Origin: Acetobacteraceae bacterium
Lineage (GTDB): Bacteria; Pseudomonadota; Alphaproteobacteria; Acetobacterales; Acetobacteraceae
NCBI GenBank assembly: GCA_965276815.1
Contig: CBDIBE010000010.1
Span: forward strand, 623,734-687,733
DNA length: 64,000 nucleotides
Direction: 5' to 3'
The position numbers and the translations under genes are program-made. How positions within the stretch are numbered: position 1 is the first letter of the stretch; the number at the start of each line of letters is the position of its first letter. The notes below the pieces were generated by a model. It worked only from the letters and a program-made list of their open reading frames with translations. It was not told the origin of the DNA and made no database searches. This document shows positions 17,505 through 25,538 of the stretch, in pieces.

Positions 17505-19471
17505 GCGTCACCGTCTCTGGCTCGCCGATCTTCGTCTCGCGGCGCGCCTCGCTGCTGGAGAGCGCCGAGCGGGCGATGCTGGCGATGCGCCTGACGGTGG
17601 CGATGGTGGCGGCCGGGCTGCTGCTGCTGGCGGTGCTGTGGCAGGCGGTGGTGCCCGGGCAGCAGGCGCTGTCGGACCTCATTGCCGGGGCCGCGGCCTT
17701 GCTCGTCGCGGTTCCCGTCATCACCTCGGCCTGGCACAGCCTGCGCCATCCAAGCCTGCATGGGGTGACCGACCGGCTGATCGCGGTGGCGCTGATCGCC
17801 GCCTGGGCGAGCGGCGACCTGATGACCGCGGCGGTGCTGCCGATCATCATGATCATCGGCCACGTGCTCGAGGAGCGCAGCCTGATCGGCTCGCGCGAGG
17901 CGATCGAGGCGTTGGCCAGCCTGACCGAGACGCACACGCGACGGCTCAACCCGGACGGTTCCTCCGAGGTGGTCGCGACCGCCGATCTGCGACCCGGCGA
18001 CGTGATCGAGCTGCTCGCTGGCGCCCGAGTGCCGGCGGATGGCGTCGTGCGGGCTGGAATGGCCAGCCTGGATATGGCGTCGCTGACCGGGGAGAGCGTG
18101 CCGGTCGATGTGGCGGAGGGTGATTCGGCGCTCGCCGGCTCGATCAACCTCGACGGGCGGCTCGAGCTCGAGGTGAGCCGGATCGGCGCGGAGACGGCAC
18201 TCGGAAAGATCATTGCACTGATGCGCACGGCCGAGCGCGCCAAGCCCCCGGTGGCGCGGCTGCTCGAGCGCTATGCCGGGCATTACCTGCTGCTGGTCCT
18301 GATGATCGCGGCCGGCACCTGGTTCGCGACCAACAACACGGCGGCGACGCTGGCCGTGCTGGTCGCGTCCTGCCCTTGCGCTCTGGTGCTGGCCGCGCCG
18401 GCCACCGCGATCGCTGCCATCGCCGTCGCGGCGCGGCACGGCATCCTGATCAAGGGCGCCGCGTTCCTCGAGCAATTGGCCGAGGTGAATTCGGTTATCT
18501 TCGACAAGACCGGCACGCTCACCACCGGCGAGCTGACCTTGATCGCGTTCCGCCCCTGCAACGGCGCCGATCCGCAAGCCGCGCTGCTTCTGGCAGCGGC
18601 GCTCGGTTCGGCGAGCAACCACCCGGTGAGCCGTGCGGCGGCCCGGTTGGCGCCTGAGCCGGTGCGGCCTGGCTTGGCAGAAGTGCGCGAGGCGAGCGGC
18701 TTCGGCGTCGCCGCACTGGCCGACGGCCAGGATGCAGCGCTTGGCCGCCCGGACTTCTTCCGCAATCTCGGCGTGTCGGCGCCCCCGCCGCCGCCGCATG
18801 ACGGGCCGATCGCCGGATTGAGCCTTGGCGGCGTGTTCCTGGGCTGGCTGTTGTTTGCCGACCGGCCGCGCCGGGAGGCCTCCGGCGCACTGGCCGAGCT
18901 GCGCGCGATGGGGCTGGAGCGGCAGGTCCTGCTGACCGGCGACCGCGAGGCGGTCGCGCATCGGATTGGCGCCGAGCTGGGCATTGCCGACATCAGCGCC
19001 GAGGCGCTGCCGGAACAGAAGATGGACCGGGTGCTGGGAGAGATCCGCTCCGGCTACCGGCCGCTGGTGGTCGGCGACGGCATCAACGACTCGCTGGCGC
19101 TCAAAGTGGGCGCGGTCGGGGTCGCGATGGGCGCGCGGGCGACCGACGTGGCCTTGGCATCGGCCGATCTGGTGCTGATGACCAGTGATCTGCGGCGGCT
19201 GGCGACCGCGCTGCGCCTCAGCCGGCGTTGCCGGCGGACCATTCACGTCAATGTCGCGATCGGGCTCGGCTGGACGCTGCTCCTCATCGCGCTGGCGGCG
19301 AGCGGGACGCTGGGGGCGGAGGGCGCGATCATCGCGGCGTTGCTGCATAATCTGAGCACCTTCCTCGGTCTCGGCAACGCTGGCCGGCTGCTGCTGTTCG
19401 ATGAGCCGCATGCGCCACCGGCTGACATGGAAACGTCGCACACGGCCGCTATCGCCTCTGCTATCGGCTGA
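17501..19471 (+). CDS. P1B-type heavy-metal translocating P-type ATPase lacking an N-terminal metal-binding domain
   Basis: 656 aa with TM CPC motif VASCPCALVLAAP, phosphorylation site DKTGTLTTG and hinge VVGDGINDSLAL. There is no HMA (GMxCxxC) domain. TM8 carries HNLST instead of the CopA-type MxxSS. Confidence 0.8.
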   Translation: MSVTVSGSPIFVSRRASLLESAERAMLAMRLTVAMVAAGLLLLAVLWQAVVPGQQALSDLIAGAAALLVAVPVITSAWHSLRHPSLHGVTDRLIAVALIAAWASGDLMTAAVLPIIMIIGHVLEERSLIGSREAIEALASLTETHTRRLNPDGSSEVVATADLRPGDVIELLAGARVPADGVVRAGMASLDMASLTGESVPVDVAEGDSALAGSINLDGRLELEVSRIGAETALGKIIALMRTAERAKPPVARLLERYAGHYLLLVLMIAAGTWFATNNTAATLAVLVASCPCALVLAAPATAIAAIAVAARHGILIKGAAFLEQLAEVNSVIFDKTGTLTTGELTLIAFRPCNGADPQAALLLAAALGSASNHPVSRAAARLAPEPVRPGLAEVREASGFGVAALADGQDAALGRPDFFRNLGVSAPPPPPHDGPIAGLSLGGVFLGWLLFADRPRREASGALAELRAMGLERQVLLTGDREAVAHRIGAELGIADISAEALPEQKMDRVLGEIRSGYRPLVVGDGINDSLALKVGAVGVAMGARATDVALASADLVLMTSDLRRLATALRLSRRCRRTIHVNVAIGLGWTLLLIALAASGTLGAEGAIIAALLHNLSTFLGLGNAGRLLLFDEPHAPPADMETSHTAAIASAIG

Positions 19472-19522
19472 GTGACGTAACGTTCCTGGTCCATCGTGCC
19501 GGGTTTTTGGAAGGGTATTTTT

Positions 19523-20197
19523 ATGAAGTCGAGCCATTGGGTCTTCGGGACGGCGCTTGCCACCGGTTTGGCCGCTTGGAGCGCGCAAGCGGGCGCCGCG
19601 GTGATGTTGACGACGAGCCTCTCGGCTTTTGAGGCCGCAGCCGGGCCCGCCCCGGTGATCAACACCCAGACCACCGGCCTGTTTGATCCGTTCGCGCTTG
19701 AGCTGCCGACGACGACTGCGATCCCGCTCGCCGACGGGTTCACGATCGGGCTCTCCTCGGCGGCGCAGGTGACGCAGCCGCAAGATGGCTATCCTTACCT
19801 GCTCAGCGACGGGTTCTCCGGCGATCTATTCATTCCGCAGGATGCGACGGGCAACCAGATCTCGACCGAGACGCTCTTCACCAGCGGCGCCGACGCGCTC
19901 GGCTTCGAGGTGGTGCCGTTCTCGAGCGACATCGGCGGGCCTTATAACATCACGGTGACGCTTGGCACGGGACAGAGCACGACGATCAGCCTGCCCGGCG
20001 CGGATTTCAACAACGGCGAGACCACGCCGGCCTTCTTCGGCTATGTCGGCGGTCCGGAGACCTCGCTGACCATCACCGCCACCGACCCGAACGGGCTTGC
20101 CTTCGGCAATTTCTACGAAGTGCCGGAGCCGGCCTCGCTGGTGCTGGTCCTGACCGGTGTCGGCCTGGTCGCCGGCCTGCGGCGCAGGAACGCCTGA
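19523..20197 (+). CDS. PEP-CTERM sorting-domain secreted protein (copy 2)
   Basis: It has a signal peptide MKSSHWVFGTALATGLAAWSAQAGA. The C-terminus is EVPEPASLVLVLTGVGLVAGLRRRNA. Confidence 0.8.
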   Translation: MKSSHWVFGTALATGLAAWSAQAGAAVMLTTSLSAFEAAAGPAPVINTQTTGLFDPFALELPTTTAIPLADGFTIGLSSAAQVTQPQDGYPYLLSDGFSGDLFIPQDATGNQISTETLFTSGADALGFEVVPFSSDIGGPYNITVTLGTGQSTTISLPGADFNNGETTPAFFGYVGGPETSLTITATDPNGLAFGNFYEVPEPASLVLVLTGVGLVAGLRRRNA

Positions 20198-20199
20198 TC

Positions 20200-20559
20200 G
20201 CCTCCGCCCGCACTCTGGCCGCGCTCGCGGCGCTCGCGGCTACGCCCGCCTATGCGGATGGCGGGCGAGACGAGGCGCCGCTTCGCCTGGCTGGGGTTGT
20301 TGTGGCCGGCCCGGTGCGGCAGGCGATTTTTGTCACGCCGGATGGGGCAATGTTGCTTGTGGACGAGGGTGGCCGGCTGGGCAGGTTCACCGTGCGCGCC
20401 ATCCGCCGCGGCGAGGTGGAGCTGGCGGGAACCGGGGGCAGCACCGTGCTCTCGCCTTCGCCGGACGCGATCTTGCGCGATGAGTTGCGGCCGCCTCCGG
20501 CCAACGTGCCGCTCATCGATCCTTTCCGCCGCGAGGCGGAGACGGAGAACGATCAGTAG
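20200..20559 (+). CDS. Small hypothetical secreted protein (start uncertain)
   Basis: The open frame begins right after the PEP-CTERM stop and has a signal-like N-terminus (LIASARTLAALAALAATPAYADG). The first ATG is at 20302. There is no recognisable domain. Confidence 0.3.
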   Translation, partial: ASARTLAALAALAATPAYADGGRDEAPLRLAGVVVAGPVRQAIFVTPDGAMLLVDEGGRLGRFTVRAIRRGEVELAGTGGSTVLSPSPDAILRDELRPPPANVPLIDPFRREAETENDQ

Positions 20560-20658
20560 CTTTGCCGGAACCTCACGCCGATCTAACCACGGCCTCACGG
20601 ACCCTGCGTTAACCGTTTGCTAAGCTGAGTCGCTTACTCATGGTAGTTGCAAGCGCCC

Positions 20659-22533
20659 ATGTCGGTCAAAATCAACGAAAACCCCGTTGTCCCGTTTTCT
20701 GCACAGCCGATTGCGCTGTCGACGCGGTTTGCGGTGACCGGTTCGGGAAGCGACCCTGCCTATCTCGTGGTCGATGGCCTCGATCGCGACGAGTACACCG
20801 TGAATGCCACGGGGGCGACGGGTGAGCTGACTGGAGATGGGAGGAGCTTGGGCTTCACCTCGCTCGGCGGCGACGCGCGCGGGGCCGGCATCGTCTTCAC
20901 CTACCAAGTTTCGACCGGACGCTACTACAGCGCGAATTTCGGCTACCTCGACCAGCTCGCCTACACGCCATCGACGAGTGTGGGCGATGTGACCGACCTG
21001 TGCTTCTGGGGCACCAACAACCTGTCTCTCGCGAACGAGTATGGCGGCAATGCCGAGTCGATGATGCAGGTCGATGCGTCTGGCTATCTCGGTTCGGTCA
21101 CGGTCGCGACGGAGCCGGGCTATAGCGCGACCGTTCCCGCGCAAGCCACCCCGGGCTCGATTGCCGCGGTTGCCGAGACCTTTGTTGGCCAGAGCTGGAA
21201 CATTAATGGCTGTTGGGTTTTGACCAGTGTGATTTCCGCCGAGGCCGGGGCGTCGCTTCCCGTCCAGAGCACGGCTGACATCGCTGGGCAGGCCAATGGC
21301 GAGTGGTTCGTCGCCTATGATGGCCCGGCCGGCGAAACCGGGAATTGGCAGTCGCTGGTCACGACCGGCGAGATGGTCGGGTTCGAGACGTCGAGCGGAA
21401 CCGGGCACATCACGACAATCGTTTCCGGTTCCGGCAGTTCGGCGATGGTGGTGGACAACGCCGCGTTCGAGAGCGCCTACGGCCAGGTGGTCAACTCGGC
21501 CAATGACGGCTCGCCGGATGACATTACGATCTCAGCGCCGCATGCCGCTTCGCAGGAATTCTCCGGCGTCAACGCCGACACGGTGGTGATCTACGAGCTC
21601 GACACGCCCGTCGTGACGACGAACAGCACCGGCCTCACGCTGACGCCGGACAGCGCGGACAGTCTCGGCTCGCTGTTCTCGGCGGCGGATCCCGAAGGCA
21701 AGACCGTCACCACCTATCAGTTGTACGACACGGACCCCGGCGGCGCGCTCGTCGTCAGCGGGACGGACTTCAACGCGAATTCGACCTCGACGGCCGTGAC
21801 GGTGAGTTCGCTCGCGCAGGTGAGCCTACAGGCTGGGGCCGCGGACAATACCGGCTCGATTGATGTCCGGGCATCCAACGGCTCTTACTGGGGAGACTGG
21901 ACGTCGCTCGGCGTCACCGTCGCAGGATCGGCGCCGGCGTCCTCCCCTGGGACGCCCGCGCCCAGCACGGCAGACAATTTCAATTGGACCGATATCGTGA
22001 CCGACTCATCCGGCAGCGGTGCGGGCGAGGCGTATTCCGGCTCGGTTGCCGGCATCCAATCGGAATATACTTGGTCTGGAGCGGATAGCGCCGCCATCGC
22101 GGCCCAGGTCGCAAATGTCTACCTCGTGGGCGGCCCGGGCGGGGACGCGCTCGAGGCTTATGCGGGCAGCAACGTGCTGGATGGCGGCACCGGGTCGAAC
22201 TTCCTGATCGGCGCGACAGGCGCTGACGGCGGAACCGACACCTTCTTTGTCGATGGCCGCGGCGACGCCCCGTTTTGGGACAGCTTGGTCAATTTCCACG
22301 AGGGCGATGCGGTGACGTTGTGGGGCTTCGCGCCGGGAAGCACGATGGCCTGGGCACCCAATGCGGGCGCACCGGGCTATCAGGGTGCGACGCTTGACGT
22401 CTCGCTGGCGAACGCCACGACCGGGTCGGTCACTTTCGCCGGGATCAGCTTGTCACAGGCGCAAGCCAATTTCGTCACCAGTTCCGGCACCTCCGGCGGA
22501 GTGCCTTACCTTGAGGTCCAATTCACTGCGTGA
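20659..22533 (+). CDS. Large Thr/Ser/Gly-rich extracellular protein with C-terminal RTX-like (GGxGxD) calcium-binding repeats; candidate type I secretion substrate
   Basis: About 624 aa with no N-terminal signal peptide. The C-terminal region is GGPGGDALEAYAGSNVLDGGTGSNFLIGATGADGGTDTF. Confidence 0.65.
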   Translation: MSVKINENPVVPFSAQPIALSTRFAVTGSGSDPAYLVVDGLDRDEYTVNATGATGELTGDGRSLGFTSLGGDARGAGIVFTYQVSTGRYYSANFGYLDQLAYTPSTSVGDVTDLCFWGTNNLSLANEYGGNAESMMQVDASGYLGSVTVATEPGYSATVPAQATPGSIAAVAETFVGQSWNINGCWVLTSVISAEAGASLPVQSTADIAGQANGEWFVAYDGPAGETGNWQSLVTTGEMVGFETSSGTGHITTIVSGSGSSAMVVDNAAFESAYGQVVNSANDGSPDDITISAPHAASQEFSGVNADTVVIYELDTPVVTTNSTGLTLTPDSADSLGSLFSAADPEGKTVTTYQLYDTDPGGALVVSGTDFNANSTSTAVTVSSLAQVSLQAGAADNTGSIDVRASNGSYWGDWTSLGVTVAGSAPASSPGTPAPSTADNFNWTDIVTDSSGSGAGEAYSGSVAGIQSEYTWSGADSAAIAAQVANVYLVGGPGGDALEAYAGSNVLDGGTGSNFLIGATGADGGTDTFFVDGRGDAPFWDSLVNFHEGDAVTLWGFAPGSTMAWAPNAGAPGYQGATLDVSLANATTGSVTFAGISLSQAQANFVTSSGTSGGVPYLEVQFTA

Positions 22534-22571
22534 CGAGCGGACGCAAGCGCGGATGAGAAACTGACATAGGA

Positions 22572-22690
22572 TCACATCTTCTCTTTTAAGCCCGCCTTCA
22601 GCAGCCACCAATTCACCGGGAAGGCGGTCAGGAAACCGCAGATCATGGCGAGCTCATCATGAACCAGAACAGCCAGCTCGGGATCACCCC
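22572..22690 (-). pseudogene. C-terminal remnant of a DUF4396-like small membrane protein
   Basis: The frame ends ...DPELAVLVHDELAMICGFLTAFPVNWWLLKAGLKEKM*, resembling the DUF4396 C-terminus (PVNxWLI). There is no room for the rest of the gene because cueR ends at 22684. Confidence 0.3.
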
Positions 22691-23070
22691 GCCAACTCCT
22701 CGATGATCGGGCAATCCGGCCGCTCATCGCCGCTGCAGGAATCGGCGAGGTGGCGGAGCGTCCGGCACATGGCTTGGATCTGCTCCGCCTTGGCCTCGAG
22801 CGCGGCGACATGCGCCAAAGTCAGCCGCTTCACGTCGGCGCTGGCCCGGCGGCGGTCGCGCCACAGCGCCAACAGCTCGCGCATCTCGTCCATGGAGAAG
22901 CCGAGATCGCGCGCCCGGCGGATGAACCGCAGCGTGTGGATGTCCGCCTCGCCGAAGCGGCGATAGCCGGCGCCGCTTCGCTCGGCGGCCGCGAGCAGGC
23001 CGACGCTTTCGTAGTAGCGGATCATCTTGGCGGAAACGCCGCCGGCCTGCGCGGCCTGGCCGATATTCAT
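22684..23070 (-). CDS. cueR: MerR-family Cu(I)-responsive transcriptional regulator (CueR/HmrR type)
   Basis: It has the MerR HTH (MNIGQAAQAGGVSAKMIRYYESVGLL) and the C-terminal metal-binding loop CSGDERPDC. It overlaps the copA stop. Confidence 0.85.
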   Translation of the reverse strand: MNIGQAAQAGGVSAKMIRYYESVGLLAAAERSGAGYRRFGEADIHTLRFIRRARDLGFSMDEMRELLALWRDRRRASADVKRLTLAHVAALEAKAEQIQAMCRTLRHLADSCSGDERPDCPIIEELAG

Positions 23071-25229
23071 GGACGCCAGCTCCGCAGCAGCAGCGCGCTG
23101 CCGACCACGCTCACGCTCGAGAACGCCATCGCGGCCCCGGCGACAACAGGGCTCAGCAGGCCGAACGCGGCCAGCGGAATGCCAACCAAATTGTAGGCGA
23201 ACGCCCAGAACAAGCCTTGCCGGATGCGCCCGTAGGTGCGGCTGGAAATGTCGAGCGCCGCCGGAACCAGCGCCGGGTCGGCGCGCATCAGGGTGATGCC
23301 GGCAGCGGCCTCGGCGACGCCGGTGCCATTGGCCACTGCGATCCCGAGATCGGCTGCGGCCAGCGATGCCGCGTCGTTGACGCCATCGCCGACCATCGCC
23401 ACCGCACCCCGCGACCGCAACCCGGCGATGACGGCCGCCTTGTCCGCGGGCAGCGCCTCGGCGTGGACGTCCGTGATGCCGACGCTGCGCGCCGCCGCCT
23501 CCGCCGCACCCCGGTTGTCCCCAGTCAGCAGCACCACATCCATCCCACGGCCCCGAAGCCGGGCGACGGTGTCAGCTGCGCCGGCCAGCGGGGCGTCGCC
23601 GAAGCCGAGCAGGCCCAGCAACCGCCCGTCCGCGGCGAGGTAGGAAACGGTGCGCCCATCGCGCCCGAGCGCCGCCGCATGTTCGCTCAGCTCGGCCACG
23701 TCGATCGCTTGTTCGCGCATCAGCCGGGCGCTGCCGAGGAGGAGCGTTCTTGCGTCCACACTGCCTTCGATCCCCCGGCCGGGCAGCGCACGCACGCCGA
23801 CAGCTTGCGGCACGTCCGACCCGGCGCGAGCGGTGACCGCCCGGGCGAGCGGATGCTCGCTGCCCATTTGAAGCGCCGCGGCCAGGCGCAGCACGGTCTC
23901 GGTGTCGGAGCCCGTTGCCGCCTGTAGCGCCAAGAGTTGCGGGTGGCCTTCGGTCAGGGTGCCGGTCTTGTCGAAGACGACGATCCGGATTGCGCGCGAA
24001 CGCTCGAGGGCAGCCGGGTCACGGATGAGGATGCCGTGCCGGGCGGCGACGCCGGTGCCGACCATGATGGCGGCCGGCGTGGCCAGCCCCAAAGCGCAGG
24101 GGCAGGCGATCACCAGGACGGCGACGGCGTTGACCGCGGCCGGCTCGATCCCCGCGCCGGCGAGCAACCAACCGAGGAAGGTCACCACCGCGACCGCCAC
24201 CACCACGGGCACGAATACCGCGCTGACCCGGTCGACCAGGCGCTGCACCGGGGGTTTGGCCGCCTGCGCGTCCTCGACCAGCCGGACCATGCGCGCGAGC
24301 TGGCTCTCCGCCCCGGTCGCCGTAACTTCGGCGACGAGCAGCGCCTCGCCGTTGAGCGCGCCGCCGATCACGCGGCTGCCCGGCGGCTTCGGGACGGGCA
24401 GACTCTCGCCGGTGAGCAGGCTTTCATCGGAGCTGCCGTTGCCTTCGCGCACGATGGCGTCGGCGGCGATGCGCTCGCCGGGCCGGATCACCAGGAGGTC
24501 GCCCGCACGCAGCGCCGTCACGTCGACCTCGCGTTCGGCGCCTTCGCGGCGGATGCGGGCGCGCTCGGGCCGCAGGCGCTCGAGCGCGCGGATTGCCGAG
24601 CCCGCTTGAAACCGGGCGCGCGCTTCCAGCCATTTGCCGAGCCGGACCAGCGCCACCACCGCGGCCGAGGCCTCGAAATAGAGCGCGCCGCCGTGCCCCG
24701 AGGCGAGCTGCCACAGGCTTAGCCCGAAGGCGGCAGAAGTCCCGAGGGCGACCAGCGTATCCATATCGCCCGACCCGGCCAGCAGCGCCTTCCAGGCCCC
24801 GCGATAGAACCGCGCGCCAAAGACGAACTGCACGATCGCCGCCAGCCCGAATTGCGCCACGCCCGGCAGGGTCAAATCGACGCCAAATGGCATCAGCAGC
24901 ATTGGGAGGAGCAGCGGCGCCGCGAAAGCGAGCGCCAGGGCCGCCATAATACCATCGCGTCGCCCCGTCCGGACCGGCGGGGCGGTTAGCGAACTCGCCT
25001 CGTATCCCGCGCGCCGCACGGCTTCGACCAATTGCTCTGGCCGCACCCCCGCCTCAGCGGCGATATGTGCTCGTTCGGTCGCCAGGTTCACCTCGGCTGA
25101 GACCACCCCAGGCACGCCCAGCAACGCCCGCTCGACCCGGCGCACGCACGCCGCGCAACTCATGCCGCCAATCCGCAAGTTGCTAGAACCGGCCGCGCCG
25201 GCCTGTCGATTAATGATGCCCTGATCCAT
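23067..25229 (-). CDS. copA: Copper-translocating P1B-1 ATPase
   Basis: One N-terminal HMA domain (GMSCAACVRRVE), CPCALGLATP, DKTGTLT, GDGVNDA and a C-terminal MxxSS-type TM. Confidence 0.9.
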   Translation of the reverse strand: MDQGIINRQAGAAGSSNLRIGGMSCAACVRRVERALLGVPGVVSAEVNLATERAHIAAEAGVRPEQLVEAVRRAGYEASSLTAPPVRTGRRDGIMAALALAFAAPLLLPMLLMPFGVDLTLPGVAQFGLAAIVQFVFGARFYRGAWKALLAGSGDMDTLVALGTSAAFGLSLWQLASGHGGALYFEASAAVVALVRLGKWLEARARFQAGSAIRALERLRPERARIRREGAEREVDVTALRAGDLLVIRPGERIAADAIVREGNGSSDESLLTGESLPVPKPPGSRVIGGALNGEALLVAEVTATGAESQLARMVRLVEDAQAAKPPVQRLVDRVSAVFVPVVVAVAVVTFLGWLLAGAGIEPAAVNAVAVLVIACPCALGLATPAAIMVGTGVAARHGILIRDPAALERSRAIRIVVFDKTGTLTEGHPQLLALQAATGSDTETVLRLAAALQMGSEHPLARAVTARAGSDVPQAVGVRALPGRGIEGSVDARTLLLGSARLMREQAIDVAELSEHAAALGRDGRTVSYLAADGRLLGLLGFGDAPLAGAADTVARLRGRGMDVVLLTGDNRGAAEAAARSVGITDVHAEALPADKAAVIAGLRSRGAVAMVGDGVNDAASLAAADLGIAVANGTGVAEAAAGITLMRADPALVPAALDISSRTYGRIRQGLFWAFAYNLVGIPLAAFGLLSPVVAGAAMAFSSVSVVGSALLLRSWRP

Positions 25230-25256
25230 TTGACCTCTCCGGCGACGGATATGGGG

Positions 25257-25290
25257 CTTCCCATCGTGGGAAGGTCAAGGGCTTGACCTT
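25257..25290. promoter_or_regulatory. MerR/CueR-type operator in the divergent copA-copZ promoter region
   Basis: Two overlapping perfect palindromes are present: CTTCCCA-tcg-TGGGAAG (7-3-7) and AAGGTCAAG-gg-CTTGACCTT (9-2-9). On the copA strand the arrangement is -35 TTGACC, a 19-bp spacer containing the 7-3-7 dyad, then a CATATC -10-like element and a GGAGAG RBS. This is the classic MerR 19-bp spacer architecture. Confidence 0.65.
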
Positions 25291-25337
25291 GCCATTGTGG
25301 GAGGGTGCAGAACCGCGCCAAGAACCCGGAGAGTCCT

Positions 25338-25535
25338 ATGCAGACATTCAAGGTCGAGGGTATGACCTGCGCCCATTGCGAACGCGCGGTCACGGACGCG
25401 ATCCACGCAATCGACAAGCTGGCCAAGGTCCGGGTGGACCTATCGGCCGGGCTCGTCACCGCCGAAAGTGACGCCGGCCCAGCCAGGCTGGAGGCCGCGA
25501 TCGCTGCTGAGGGATATCAGGCCAGCCTGGCCTGA
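25338..25535 (+). CDS. copZ: Heavy-metal-associated copper chaperone
   Basis: MQTFKVEGMTCAHCERAVTDAI: HMA fold, 66 aa. A GGAGAG RBS precedes ATG 25338. The track's GTG 25305 is probably an over-extension. Confidence 0.85.
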   Translation: MQTFKVEGMTCAHCERAVTDAIHAIDKLAKVRVDLSAGLVTAESDAGPARLEAAIAAEGYQASLA

Positions 25536-25538
25536 CCC

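Noticed and set aside
17369-19783. Very long antisense ORFs opposite real genes (for example 17369..19783 -, 30977..32866 -, 6462..8003 +, 27176..29122 +, 33178..34692 +, 7901..9550 -, 16284..17225 -)
   Set aside because: The translations are Arg/Pro/Gly/Ala-rich low-complexity with no domain signatures. They are mirror images of well-supported genes in approximately 67% GC DNA. These are the classic GC-rich antisense ORF artefact.
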